A DNA stretch of 64,000 nt from Geosiphon pyriformis uo1. Taxonomy: Eukaryota > Fungi > Glomeromycota. Below are positions 36,701-50,510 of this stretch, in pieces (the stretch's first letter is position 1; every line of letters starts with the position of its first letter). The position numbers and the translations under genes were made by a program. The notes under the pieces are model-generated. The model made no database searches. It saw only the letters and a list, made by a program, of their open reading frames with translations, and had not been told where the DNA came from. The stretch is taken from assembly GCA_016748015.1 (NCBI GenBank), contig JAAOMT010000786.1:623814-687813 (forward strand), written 5' to 3'.

Positions 36701-37199
36701 ATCAAATAATCTATTCATTACTAGATTTACAACTTGTGCATAATTAGCTTCTAATTCAGCTAATTCAAAATCTCTGGTGCATGTAACTGTATTTTGTAGG
36801 TTGCCTAGATGTAGTGATTGTATGTATTGCAGGATGTTACTGTGTAATCTGTGAATAAACTGATTCAGGATCTGGGCTGTGGTAAAATAATTGGCATTGA
36901 TGCTTGTATTTGGTGCAAATTTTGATGGAAACATCTCAAGTAAGTGGTAACTGCTTCAGTATCTTCCTGTTTGATGGTGGTAAAGGTGTTGGCCAAGCAA
37001 TTAATGCTGTTGCTATTACTAAAATATCTTAAAAATTCCAATTTAAATGCATCAAATGTTTGGGGTTTCTGAGCTAGGCTATGATACCACAAGTTGGTGG
37101 CATCTTAAAGAAAATTGGGGATTGCTTAAAGAGCTCTGATGTCATTCCAGTTATTGGTGGTGATGGCTTTGACAATATCATTGATCCATGTTTGGGCAT
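33773..37199 (-). pseudogene. Element 1a polyprotein middle piece (Gag, PR, Cys domain, dUTPase)
   Basis: CHNCGKQGHIQANC, LILDNKSAGSII, RFDLRYP..RSSL..IIDAGYVG..KIAQAI. Confidence 0.9.
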
Positions 37200-38151
37200 T
37201 GTTACTGGAGGTTTTTGGTCTCTTTTCTTGAATGTTGTTAATGTTAATTTGCTGTGAATTCACATTCTCAGGAAATAGTTGGACCTCCAGTAACTGAATT
37301 TATCTTTAAATTATCTCTTATAATTTGAACTGCTGGGCTTATAAGTGGAATGGCCAATTCTGTGCCAGTTATTTTATGTAGTTATGTTGTAGTAAACGTC
37401 AACTCTTTTCCAGGAATTGCTTGTCTGAAAGCTCACTAAAAATTGTGTAGTTATTTTGCTATGAAAATCAACTCTTCTACAGGAATCTCGTCTATAGGCT
37501 ACCCTAATGATTGTAATAAGAAAAATAAAAGAAAATAAAAGAAATGTAAAAGAAATAGAATTTTGTCAAGAGAAACGTTTTCTATCCAGGCCTGAAGTCA
37601 CTAACAGTTTATTGAAATTGGTAGCTAATTAATTTTAAAACATTAGTTGTGTTGAGGGAATTTCAAGTGTAATAATTTAAGAATTTGGTTTTTGAATATT
37701 TAATTTTTATTTGATTTTGTAAAAGATAATTTGTTTCAATTAAGATATCTAACATAAGATACTATGGTAAGATACTATAAGAAGATACATTTTCTTGAAG
37801 AAAAAAGCTCTTTTTTTATACAACTTTTTGTAGTACTAGTCTTTAAACTTGTACTTTTCTTTTTGCTATAATTTGGGTGAACTAAAGATACATTTCGGCA
37901 AACTACAAATTATTTCACTGAACTATTGATTATTTCGGCCAATTTTCATTAATTTCGGCAAATTTTAACTATGTTAAATAGTTCAGGATATTGTGTAATT
38001 TAATCATCTTAATTTTTAGAGTACAAATCGGATTATTGATTGAGTAATGATTTTTGATAATTTGATTAAATAATAAGTAATAATCGAAATAATAATAATA
38101 TATGCTAATTAATAATAGGAATTATGAAGATAATTTTATGTTAATTAATAG

Positions 38152-38859
38152 CTAAGATTCTACTGGTAACATAATCTTCTCCTCAAAACTGAGCTTTATC
38201 AAAGTCCAAGCACTATCTGTAATATTAAAATAGTGGTCCAAGATAATTAAAGTAATCTGGTCTAAAAATTGTTGAAATTTTAGTTCTGTGAGCTTTCCAA
38301 TGTATTGAATCTTTATTGGATGAAGTATTGGGTTTTGTAAGACGTTTTTACAAGTGTTAAATAAATCATAGAGTCTAAATGCTGCTCTAAGTTTATAGCA
38401 AATGTTTGTTGGTCCAGCTGTTGTCTTAAATTCATTGTGAATTTGTTTTTGTATAGCCTCAGAAGTAATGTTGGTTGCTTCAAGTTCTAGTTTTCATTTA
38501 TAAAGTGTTTTTTCAATATGAAAATATCTATATATAAGAGTATGTTCATTGTTCTGTTTATTGAGAAATAGTAGAAGTTTTTGTTGCATTGTGGCATTTG
38601 ATAGAATGTCAATAGAGGCAGATAAAAAGTTCTCTTTTAGTGTTTGCTTCAAAAGTTTTGGTAATTGATTTTCAGAGTAACTTTTTGTTTTTCTTCTATA
38701 GGGGTGATAATTCTGAGAATTATTTACTACTGGAGCTGTGATTTCTTTTTGAATGTAATTAATTTGACTTCTATTAATCATTATAAATAAGTCAAAAAGT
38801 GTTTTCAAAGCTAACATTAATTTTTGGGATATTTGTTGAATATTTCGGGGAATAATCAT
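38152..38859 (-). pseudogene. ORF3 of element 2a
   Basis: MIIPRNIQQISQKLMLALK..YRYFHIEK..RAAFRLYDLF..IGKLTELKF. Homologous to 50511-51230. Confidence 0.82.
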
Positions 38860-39022
38860 GATAAAAATGACTAATTAATAAACAAAATTTGAAAAAAAAT
38901 AAAGAAAATTATTTTTGGATATAAGATTTTTATTTGTTTTTGGTTTTGAATATTTCTTCTAATTATTTACTATTTTTGATTTATGTTTTGTGTATTTTAA
39001 AGGAGTTTGTGAAAATGTTAAA

Positions 39023-40407
39023 TTAAGTGTTCAAGTTTGGTTGTTGTTCTATTATAATTATTGGTTTTAAATTTTGGAGAATATCTTCAGGATTAATTAA
39101 AAGAGAATGTGTACCAATTTGTAGAATTAATGGTTCAAGATTGTTTTTGGAATGATAGTGTTTCAATCAATTTCTATGTGCAACTTTTGCTAGTACTTTG
39201 TTATTAAGTCTTAACTTATATGATCCATTGCCTAGAATTTCGTAAATATAAAATAGTCCATCCTATTTATGTTCAAATTTTCTACTTTACTGTTTTTCAG
39301 CCTTTATTCTGTATAAGAGAACTTTATTTTCAACTTTAAATTTGTTGGTAACTGGTGGCAGTTTGTTGTCATGTTTTTCTTTTTGTAGAGCTTGGAAGTG
39401 TTCAATATGAGTGACTGCTATGTATCTTTTTTCTTTCAATGTACTAAGAAGTGTGTAAGCTTTTCTTTGGAGTGTTTTTTGAAAGTTTTTTTCATTGATT
39501 AGTTGCACTGGGTATGTTTCCACTGTGAAATTAATTGGTAATATTGCTGTCCTTCCATAAGTAAGATCAAATGGTGTGTGTTTTATAGTATCTTGTTTTA
39601 GTGTTCTGTATGCTAGTAACACTGATGGAATAAAAATATTCTATTTTTGCTCAAAATTTGTTGAGACTTTGGCTAATGATTCACATAATGTTCTGTTAAA
39701 ATGTTCTACAAGTCTATTTGTTTGGGGGTGATAAGGTGATAAAAAAAGTCTTTTAACATTAAATTATTCACAAATTTCTTGTATTAGGTTGTTCACAAAA
39801 TGTGTTCTTTAATCAGATAAAAGCTCAATTGGGCATTCATGTCTACAAATAATGTCTTCATAAATGAAATTTGCTACTGATTTTGCATTTGCTTTTTGAA
39901 TGGCTCTAGCTTTAAGCCATTTGGTGAGATAATCTACTGCAACTACAATATAGCAATTTTCTTGAATTGTGATAAGTAGTAGTCTGACTAAATCAATTCC
40001 AACTCTGTTAAAAAATTGTCCAACTTTGATTGAATTTAAAGGTTCTGTGGAGCAAGTTTTTTCTCTTCTTTGACAACTATCACAAGATTCTACATATTGT
40101 CAAATGTCTTTTTGCATGTGAGACCAAAAATAATGTTTAAGAGTTCTTTGGATTGTTCTATCTCTTCCCAAGTGTGCTGAAGATAGATCTGTGTACATGT
40201 TATATAGGATTGTTTTTATTCATTTTCTTGTACTAATCTGAATAATTGGTTTGGGTTTCTACAATTTTTGTAATAAATTTTGTTGTGATGTATGAAATAT
40301 TGTCTGAATTGGTGTTGTAATTAATGTTTTTTACTTGGAAACCAATTTTTTGGTATGGTAAAAGTTTCCAAATAGTTTTTAAGATTGTTGTAATTTCTGG
40401 GATCTAT
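39023..40407 (-). pseudogene. Integrase ORF of element 2a (start ATG>ATA)
   Basis: (M)DPRNY start; LLAYRTLKQDT..TPFDLTYGR. Colinear with 51353-52738. Confidence 0.85.
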
Positions 40408-40470
40408 TATTGTTTTGTTGTTTTGTTGTTTTGTTGGTAGTAGTAAGTTATAGTAGATTTGTTAATAGTG

Positions 40471-43400
40471 TTAATTTTATCTTATTCTTAAAAGACTATT
40501 AACATTAGTGTGTAATTTTCTTGGTTTGTGGTGTACAATATATTTGTAATCTGCTAGAAAATCATTTCATTGAGACTGTTTGGCACTTTGTTTAGTTTTC
40601 TTTTTATTAAGCCATTTGAGACCAATATTGTTAGTTATAATGTCAAATTCTTTTCCATCCTTCAAATATTGTTGAAAATGTTTAAGAGCCCAAATGACTG
40701 CAGCAGCTTTTAATTCAGTTGAGTCATATTTGAGTTCTGTTGGCTTGAGTGTTCTGCTAGCATAGGCAATGACTTGCTCCTGGCCATTTTCATCTAATTG
40801 TGATAGGATGGCACCAAAAGCTATGTGTGAAACATCAGTGGCTAGTTGGAACTATTTGTTAAAGTCTGGGTATGCAAAAACTGGAGCTGTTGTCAATTTT
40901 GTTTTAAGGGTTTCAAAAACTTTCTGTTGTTCTTTAGTCTATTAATATGGCATGTTTTTGTTGGTAAGATAGTTAAGTAGTTTGGCAATTTCTAAGAATT
41001 TTTTTATGAATTTTCTATAGTAAGAGACTAATTCTACAAATTCTCATAGCTCTGTGGTATTTTTGGAAGTTTGAAAGTTTTTGACAACACTGATTGTTCC
41101 AGAATTTGGTTTGACTCCATTTTTGCTAACAATGTGTCCAAAAAAGATTAAGCTTGTTTTTCCAAAGTGACATTTCTCAATGTTTAACTTTAATCCTGCT
41201 TTCCATAATCATTGAAAAACTTCTCACAAGTGAATAAGATGAGCTTCAAAGCTTGGTAAGTATACATTAGTGTTATCAAGATAAACAACTATTAATTGCC
41301 ATAAGAGTCCTTCATATACAATATTCATGAGTTATTGAAATGTTGTTGGTGCATTGCAGAGTTCAAAAGACATAACATTGAAATTATAGTTCTCTTCTTA
41401 AGTAGTGAATGCTGTTTTGGATCGATTTTTTGGGTCCATTTTGACTTGTTAGTATTTACTTTCCAAGTCTAAAGTTGAGAAGAACTTGGCTTTTTCTAAG
41501 GCATTCAGCATATCATCAATTCTTGAAAGAAGGTAAGCATCTTCAATTGTCATGCTGTTGAGCTGATAATAATCTACACAGAATCTGATTTTTTCATTTT
41601 TCTTTTTAACAAGAACTATTGGTGAAGTCTAAAGACTTCTTGATGATTAAATCAATTCGTTATTAAGCATTCTTTGGATCTCTTCTCTGATAAATTGGTG
41701 GCTAGCAGGTAAAACTCGATAGACTTGTTGTTGTTTTGGTGGAGCATCTCCTGTGTGGATCTAATATTGAACAATATCAGTTTTTCCAAGATTATTGTTG
41801 TCTTTTGCAAATATATCTGCAAATTCAGCTATCAATTGCTTCAATTGTTTTTGTTGTTGGGGTTCTAAGAGACCCATGTTGATTTAAGAGAGTTTTTCTT
41901 CTAAAAAATGATAGTTTTCAGTGATAGGAATGATGTTTAGATTAGGTAATAGGGTATGTCTTACAATTTCGATGAAATTAGAGACAATTTGGAAGTTTTC
42001 ATCTTGAAAGATATTGCTGTGTATGATTCTAATTTCTAATTTATTTAATAAGACAATAGAATAATTATTGGGGTTATAGAATGTAACTTGAAATTTTTTC
42101 ATTCCTTTAGGAATATAAACGTTTAGAATTGAAATTTCATGCTTTAAACAGATTTGTTCATTGGATTCAAAAATTTGTTGGGTAGTAGTGGGTTTTAAGC
42201 AAGTGTAAATTTCGTGATGTTTACCAAAAAGTGAAATGGTAATTGGTTGGAGAAGTTGAAGAATCTGGTGAGATTCATTCTGTACATTGAAAGCTATGTT
42301 TACTGGCACTGTAAATCGTCTAATTGAACCAAAACTTTGAGTTTTTTTTTCACTTTTTTCTAATTGTTCTCTGTTTTTAACTGATTATAAACCCGAAATG
42401 TTGATTAAGAGTAGGTAAATTGCTTGGGCAATCTTTTCAGCATGTTCAATTATGAATGGTTTGTCTGTTTTATTCTGTAACATGATAGTAATGTTTCTAG
42501 TATATCCTGTATCTATGACTTCTCCTCTAACATTGATTTCTTTGCTTGCCAATAATGATCTGGATGCAATTTGAATCATTGCTCCAGGTGAAATTTTAAA
42601 AGTGATTCTGAGATTGATTTTTGTTAAAAACTTTGGTTGGAGAACCAAAGTATCTTTTTCTGAATATTTTAGATCATATTCAGCATCAATCTCATGTGCT
42701 TTTTCTGGTCTGATTTTTTGGCCATGGTTGTCAAAATATTTAAGTTGTAAGGGTGATTGATTTTCAAGAAGATAGATAAGGGTGGTTGGTAGTTCTTCTA
42801 CCAGTTCAGATACTCCAAATTCGATTTCATTTTCATCATTCTCATCTGGCAGGGGAATGCTAAGAGCATAACATTCTAAACACCATTGGTTATCACAAAG
42901 CATAACACATTCTTTATATAATTGAATGTTTATTTGCTTTAATTATTAAATTTGAGTTTCTTTGGTTGGGTATGTATAACTTGCAATTTGGTGGTAGATT
43001 TCTACTTCATTTTCATAATCAAATCCAGCTAATTCCATAGTATACTCAATATATTTAGCTTTTTTTATTTGGCAGACATCTTTTTGAGTGGCTCTATTAA
43101 TTAATGTCATTGCTAAGTCAAAAATTATTTCAGCATCATGAGAGTAGTAATAGAGTTTATTGAAGGCACTGTTGTATGCTGCATTAAATAGTGTTCCTCT
43201 TCTGACTTTTTCTGAAATTGATAGAGCATATTGACATGTTTAATTACATACTCCTCCTCTCATTACAACATCAATCCAGTTGTATTCTTCTGATAGTATA
43301 TCTCCACATGTGAGACAAGGAATGTTGTCTTATTTTCCACTTCTTTTTGGAGATCCAAATCGTTCTCTATGGCATGTTTTACAGAAATAGCAGGTGCAGA

Positions 43401-46102
43401 TTTCATATTCCTTTTCTGGAGATATACAAGCTCCCATAGATAAAAGCTTCTTCTTGCAATCTTTGTATTTTAGTGAGATATATGATGGTTTTTTTCATGG
43501 TTCTGGTGTGGAATATCTAACTTTCTTCTATCCTTTTGATTCTTCAAAAATCTTCTGTTCTGTTTCTTCAGCCCAATTGGATGTTGATCAAAGGGCTATG
43601 TAGGTTTCAGTAAGTGGTATTTCCTTCTCTTTCTCAAATTCGAATACTGGAGCTTTTTCTGATCATTTGTTGAAAGTACCACAGATTGCAGATACTATAA
43701 TGTATTGTCTTTGGTATGATATTTTAAGTTCCTGAGTTTCCCAGTTTAAGTTTGCATTGACTTTAAGAAGCCAATTATTCCCAACAAGAGCTTGGTATTG
43801 GGGTGCATCCATGACTAGAATTTTGACTGAAATGGTAATTTCATCAATAGTAAATGGGAAGTTATCAATTTCTTCTGCTGGAATTTTTTTCATGCCATCA
43901 GCTGTAACAATTACAGTCTGAGCTGGTTTGTCAACAGTTTTTTGAAGTTGCTGCATTAATTGGTAAGTGATAATACTTTTAGTGGATCCATTGTCTATGA
44001 TTAATCAGATGGGTTTTCCCTCTACTGTAGTTTCAGTATACATGGCAGTGATAGCTTTTTGTTCATTAGCTGCTGTATTGCTAAGCAAGAATGGTAATTC
44101 ATTTGCTTCAAATTTGAATGGAAATATATCTGAAAGGTTGGCATTTTGGACAATTTGAGCTGGTGAAATGGTATTGTTAGAAGGGTTTGATTTTGGTGCT
44201 GCAGTTTCACCTTCAAAAAGTGCAGTTTGTTGAAAATTCGATTCTTCTTGCATTGTTAAATAACTGGGTTGAATATGAAACTGAGTGGGTCTTTGTTAAA
44301 CAAAATTTCGAAAAACTAGTTGATTATTGTAGTTAAATCTGTTGTTGTTTGTTAAAAAACGATTTTGTGGTGTGAATTGGTTTTGTTAGATTAATCTTCT
44401 GACTGGTACTTAATATTGTTGAGTGGGTGGTGTCGGATATTGTTGAATTGGTAAAGGTTGTGGAGTTGGTTAATAGTAACTGTTTTGATTTTGTGGTCTT
44501 GGTGAATAATAAGTTGGTAATAGAGATTGATAGTAAAATTGTTGTGGTAAAAGGTAATGTTAATTACTCCTGTTTTGTTGGTTTTTTTGCAATTTCCTAC
44601 AATCTTGTTTCCAGTGTTCTGGAATTCTATAATAATAACAATTTTGAGATTGGTTGTTGAATGGTGATCCAAAGTTGTTTTGATTGCATTGTTGTGGTGG
44701 TTGATATCTTTGTAGTTATTGCTATTGTTGTTGTTGGTTTGTAAAGTAGCTTTCAATCTTTTTTGTGAGTTGGTCTATTTTTTTTTTAGCTGTTGAGCTG
44801 GTTTCTTCAATAGCTAAGTTGACAAGTTTGATGTGGTTTGCTTCTTCTATTGCCATTTCATAGTTTTTTGCATGTCTAATGGCAGTTGTTAAGTCTTCTG
44901 GAACATGTGGACAAACTTTTTTAATGAGTTTGTCTTTTAATCCTGCTATAAACTAATCCAAAATCTGGGCATTGGAATAGTATTTATTGGTTTTCAATTA
45001 TCAAATTTGTCAAAAAAGTTTATTGAATCTTTCAAGATAAGTCATGACAGTTTCAGATGTTTCTTGTTTAATATTGTAAAAGCAGTTTCGGAAAGTAATA
45101 GAGATATTGTTGTTAGTGAATTGTTGTAAGTAAACATCTTTGAATGCTTGCCAGTTCCCAAATGGTTCTTCTAAGTTTTCAAACCATTCTCTTGCAGTTT
45201 CTTGGAGAAAGTATGGGATTGCTTTGAGCATTCTTGCTGTATTCCAACTATTTGTATCTTCTGCTTTTTGAACTTTGTAAAGCCATTCTTGAGGGCTGAT
45301 ATTATTGTCTTTACTAGTGAATTCTGAGATTTTTGCAATATAAGCAGTTGCTATTTCTTCTTTGTTTTCTGTAGTTTTTTTTTGTTCTGATTCAGTTTCT
45401 TCACTTTCCAAGTTTTTTGAATGATTACTTTCATTTTTCTGTAAGTAATCAATAATATTGGTGCTTGTTAATATGGGTTTCTGTTGTTAAGTAGGACTTT
45501 TAGGTGACTGAAAATTTTTTAGTCTTAAGAAACAGATAAGTGGTGAATTTGGTGTTTGTGATTGAGCAAGTGAAATTGAAATAGTGTAATAGAAAGTGGT
45601 AATTTGACACTGGTTCCTTGTTCAGATGTTTACAAGTGTTTGGCAGTTGTCTTTGGTAGTATTGGTGTATTTGAAGTGGTTCTTGAATATTGTTTCACTT
45701 TTTGTTTGCCTTTGTTGCTTGTTTCTGTTTCTGATTTAAAGTCAAGAGAGTATTTGGACTGTACTGGGTATTTTTCTTCACAATACTCAATAATGTTAAA
45801 ATTAAGTTTTTGGAAGTAGGTAGCAAGTGTTTCACTGTTCAGGTCTTCTGTTTCCAATTGTGAATAGTGTACTAAATTATTGTAGAGGTTGTTTTTGACT
45901 TCTGAGATGTTGTAGTTTCCAAAAAAAATAGTTGTTGATGCGATTTTCAATATATTGGTATAGTGATTTCTTGAAAATTTCAATTCCGTCTTGGATGTTG
46001 AATCTTTGCTTGCAGTGTGTATAAATTGATTGATAATACTCTAGAGTTGTTGTGTCTGGTGTGGTTGCCACTTTGAAGTTGTTTTTGCTGTGTTGTTTTC
46101 GT
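40471..46102 (-). pseudogene. Gag-PR-Cys domain-dUTPase-RT-RH polyprotein of element 2a
   Basis: ORF fragments from 45411 to 41884 are in one frame. Capsid AKISEF..PQEWL; dUTPase AEYDL/ASRS/VIDTGYT/KIAQAI; RT and RH motifs at 40500-41800. Confidence 0.9.
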
Positions 46103-47088
46103 GAGAAAGCACCAAATGTTACTGAAGGTTTTTGGTCTCTTTTCTTAAATATTGTTAATGTTGATTTGCTGTGAATTCACGTTCTTAGGAAGTAGTTGGA
46201 CTTTCAGTAACTGAATTTATCTTCAAATTATCTCCTATAATTTGAACTGCTGGGCTTATGAGTGAAATGGCCAATTCTGTGCCAGTTACTTTATGTAGTT
46301 ATGTTGTAGTAAACATCAACTCTTTTTCAGGAATTCTTCATCTGGAAGCTCACTAAAAATTGTGTAGTTACTTTGCTGTGAAAATCAACTCTTCTACAGG
46401 AATCTTGTCTGTAGGCTACCCTAATGATTATGATAAGAAAAGAAAAAAAAAATAAAAGAAATGTAAAAGAAATAGAATTCTGTCAAGGGAAACGTTTTCT
46501 ATCCAGGTCTGGAGTCACTAACAGTTTATTGAAATTGGTAGCTAATTAATTTCAAAACATTAGTTGTGTTGAGGGAATTTCAAGTGTAATAATTTAAGAA
46601 TTTGGTTTTCGAATATTTAATTTTTATTTGATTTTATAAAAGGTGATTTGTTTTAATTAAAATATCTAATGTAAGATACTATAGTAAAATACTATGAGAA
46701 AATACATTTTTTTGAAGAGAGAAGCTCTTCTTTTATACAACTTGTTGTAGTACTAGTCTTTAAACTTGCACTTTTCTTTTTGCTACAATTTGAGTAAACT
46801 AAAGATACATTTCGGCAAACTACAAATTATTTTACTGAACTATTGATTATTTCGGCCAATTTTCATTAATTTCGGCGAATTTTAACTATGTTAAATAGTT
46901 CAGGGTATTGTGTAATTTGATCATCTTAATTTCTAGAGTACAAATCGGATTATTGATTGAGTAATGATTTTTGATAATTTGATTAAATAATAAGTAATAA
47001 TCGAAATAATAATAATATATGCTAATTAATAATAGAAATTATAAGAGTAATTTCATGCTAATTAATAGCTAAAATTCTACTGGTAACA

Positions 47089-48145
47089 GTGTTGTCTTCT
47101 TTGCCAGAAAATTTTTCTAGCTTTGTGATGGGTGTGTATGCCATTTGTATGATCAGTTGTTAGTATAGTGGTTGAAATTGTTGTTGTGGCTGTTGAATTG
47201 GCTGCTGTGGTTGTTGAGATGGTTGAAGCAGTTGTTGAATCAGTTCAATAACTGGTTCAATTGATGGCTGATTGATAATGACTACTGGAGGTAAGTTTTG
47301 TTGATAAATTGTTTTGGAGTTTGGATTGTTTTAAGCTTGTTGGGTTTAAATGTTTGGAGTTTCAACTTCTGGATTTTCTAGGATCAGGTTTTGATAAGTA
47401 AATTCCTGATCCTCACTTTCTTCTTCTTTTGATTCTGGTACTTCTCACGAACTTGTAGTTCCAAAATCTGGTTGAGGTGGCAGTGATCAAAATCCTGATG
47501 GCATTGGTGATCACAATTTAAATCCTTCAAAATATTTACCATATGGTCCTAATAATTCTGCTCTTATTTGTTTATTTTGGAATGAGAATCATTCAAAGGT
47601 TGATGTCACATTTGATATGGATGTATCTACTAAGGAGATATTGATAGCACTTCCTAATATATAATAGTATGATGAGTTGGTTGGAGATTCAACTCTGGTT
47701 TTCTTCTAAGTAGGTGGTTGTATCTTTTTGGGTGTTACCACTGGTGTTTGCAATCTTTCTTTGTCTCTGTCTGCATAGGTAATAGAGAATTGTTGTTAGG
47801 TGTACCTTTTAATAGTTTAATTGATTTCCTTGATAATTGGTGTAAAACTGTAGTTTTTTGGTAAGCTGGTATGTTGAAACAATTCTGTATAGAAATTTTC
47901 TCTTGCAGATTTAATGTTAACTGTTTCTCCTAAGCAGTCTGTGATTTTATTATTGATGTAAAAGTTAAAGACTGATTCTGCTGGGAAATAGTTGTTGTTT
48001 AATTCTAACTGTTGGCTGTACTGTTGAAACAAGGATTTGGCAAATCTTAAGTGGTTTGCTTCTATGATTTCTGATTTTGCCACTTTTGGATGATTGTTGT
48101 TAGTGCTGGTTTTTTGTAGGATTATACCTCACAAGGAGCACTAAA
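47089..48145 (-). pseudogene. Element 1a PBS and 5' Gag region
   Basis: AKSEIIEANHLRFAKSLFQ matches the ORF at 24561; MAYTPITKLE capsid start at ~47144. Confidence 0.88.
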
Positions 48146-48969
48146 TGTTACAGATAATTATTTGGGGTCTTAAAACAAATAACAAACCCATAACTTAATG
48201 CTCAATTGATGATGTTGGTTTCTAAAGATATTATTATCTGAAGGTTTTGGTTGAGTCCTTGGTATAATAGAAAGAAATTCAATAGTTGTTTATTCATAGC
48301 TTCCCAGAATTGCAATTCTGTCAATTTCTTTCTTTAGCTTAATGGTTGGTACTTCTCTGGTAAGTAATCTGTAATTTCTTTACATGCTCTACCCACTCAC
48401 AGGGGTCTTTTACCAGGCAATTTTTGATGTCAATAACTCAGCACTTTAATTTTTTAATCAATTAGTACACAACAAAAAAAATAAAAAAAATAAAAAAATA
48501 AGCCAAGACAATAAAAATTAGTATCCCATCAATAGCCATAATTAAGAGCTATTGTTCCAATGTAGTTAAGTATTAATTTTTATTAACATAAAGTGTTGAT
48601 ATGAAAGAGTGGATTTGAGATAATAAATAATTATTTATTTGATATTTGTGATGTAAAAGGTTGCTTAAATCAAATCTAAACTGCAAGGTCTGTCTTTTCT
48701 ATTTCTAATGCTATTAATATATATACATAATTGAGATTCCTTAATTCCTCAATTCTTTACACCAGAAATTTTGGGATTTCTAGAATCCTGCAATTCCTTT
48801 GAGAAGAATTCTGGAATTCTGGAATTTTGCAATTTCTTGTATGAAAATTCTGAAATTTCTTGAATTTTGCAATTCTTTTGAGAAAAATTTTGGAATTCCA
48901 CATTTACTATGGCTACTTCTGATTGGCTAATTTATATGCTAATATACTTCCTATATTCTATAAGTAACA
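48146..48969 (-). repeat. 5' LTR of element 1a
   Basis: TGTTAC..GTAACA termini; repeat of 19045-19792; the PBS is adjacent. Confidence 0.95.
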
Positions 48970-49356
48970 ATAGCTATTAACAGAATACTAATTTCTTATT
49001 TTTTTATTTTTTTTTATTTTTTTTTGTTTTATTTTTTTGTTATTTACTAAATAATTAAAAAAAATTCAGTGTTAAGTAATTGATATTAAAGATAGCCTGG
49101 TAAAAAATCTGAGAATAAGAATAAAAATTTAAGAATAGCTTACCAGAAAGACACAACTGTTAAAATAAACTGGCTATTATGCTGAAAAAAAAATTTATAA
49201 AAGAAACTATTAATTAAATCTTTGTTTATTATACAAAAAATTTAACCAAAACTTTCAAACTTTAAAACCTTTAGATATTACCAACATAACCAACTATTGA
49301 GCACCAAATTATGGGTTTGTTATTTGTTCTAACATTCCAAATAATCACCTGTAATA
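48970..49356 (+). mobile_element. Old solo LTR, 3' half
   Basis: Resumes the family-1 LTR at ATAGCTATTAACAGAATACTAAT and ends ATCACCTGTAATA. Right flank ATAT. Confidence 0.85.
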
Positions 49357-49455
49357 ATATTTTCAAAAAAACCAGCAGTGCTAATTTTTATACCAGTAAT
49401 ACTTAAATTGCTTAAAAACTGTTAATATAAACAAAAAAACAAATTACATTAAGAT
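49357..49455 (-). mobile_element. Continuation of LINE D (RNase H N-terminus)
   Basis: Reads FVYINS..SNLSITGIKISTAGFFEN, matching VYTDGSLRNLG..AGAAAFFEN, and joins to VNLELG at 18511. Confidence 0.75.
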
Positions 49456-50510
49456 TTTAATTGAATTAAACTGAACCAAACTTTAGATGTTGTTTAAATT
49501 CAGTTCAAATTATGAACCAAACTTGAATTGAATCAATTTTTTAAAGTAGGTTCAGTATTACCGGAGGTTTTTGGTCTCTTCTTAGCTCTTGTATGTTTGT
49601 TGTAATGCTGTTAATTCACAATTATGGGAAGTGTTTGAACCTCCAATAACTGAATTTATCTTCAAATTATCTCCTATAATTTGAACTGTTGGGTTTATAA
49701 GTGGAATGGCCAATTCCGTGCCAGTTACATTGTATAGTTATGTTGTAATAAACATCAACTCTTTCCCAGAAATTGCTCATCTGGAAGCTTACTAAAAATG
49801 TGTAGTTACTTTGCTGTGAAAGTCAACTCTTTTACAGGAATTCTTGTCTGTAGGCTACCCAAATAATTTATAATAAGAAAAAAAAGAGAATAAAAGAAAT
49901 GTAAAAGAAAAAGTAAAACTTGATGATTTATGGAAGTCATTTCAGATCCAGGTCTGGAAATGCTTTAACAGTCTATTGAAATTGGTAGCTAATCAATTTC
50001 AAACTGTTAGTAGGAATTGGTTAATTTCAAGGAAAATAATTTAAGAATTTGGCTTTTCAAATTTATTTGATATTTATTTTGTTTTTGTGTGTAAAGAATA
50101 ATTTTAATTATTAAATCTGAAGTAAGATACATTTTCTCAAAGAGAAAAGCTCTTCTTTTATATAACTTGTCATAATACTATTTTATGAACTTGAATTTTG
50201 CTCTTTTCTATAATTTTGCTAAACTAAAGATATATTTCTGCAAACTACAAGTTATTTCTGCAAACTATTAGATATTTTGGTAAACTATCAATTATTTCGG
50301 CAAATTTCTACAAATTTTGGTGAACTTTTGAATGTTACATATTTCAGGGTATTACATGATTGATCATCGCACTTAGATTATATTTGTGTTATGTACAAAT
50401 TGGGTTATTAATTAAATGATAATTTCAGACATTTTGCTAATGTAATAAGTAATAATTTGAAACGATAATATATGCTAATTAATGATAAGATTTATAAGGG
50501 TAATTTCATG

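Larger units (their letters stand above)
37200..47088 (-). mobile_element. Complete Ty3/Gypsy element 2a (family 2), 9.9 kb, inserted in Gag of 1a
   Basis: 972-bp LTRs at 37200-38171 and 46117-47088. PBS TGGTGCTTTCTCACG (46100-46114, minus) and PPT 38172-38184. Flanks GCAT/GTGT are consistent with a decayed GCGT TSD. Confidence 0.95.
19045..48969 (-). mobile_element. Ty3/Gypsy element 1a (family 1), split into three internal pieces by elements 1b and 2a
   Basis: 3'LTR 19045-19792 and 5'LTR 48146-48969. Internal segments 19793-23630 (ORF3, IN, RH, RT), 33773-37199 (dUTPase, Cys domain, PR, Gag) and 47089-48145 (Gag 5') rejoin in frame once the inserts are removed. Confidence 0.93.

Noticed and set aside
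49440-49470. Exact hAT TIR and 8-bp TSD (CATTAAGATTTTA versus CATTGGAATTTTA at ~62767)
   Set aside because: Too decayed to call. The similarity is direct and ambiguous, so the element ends are left approximate.
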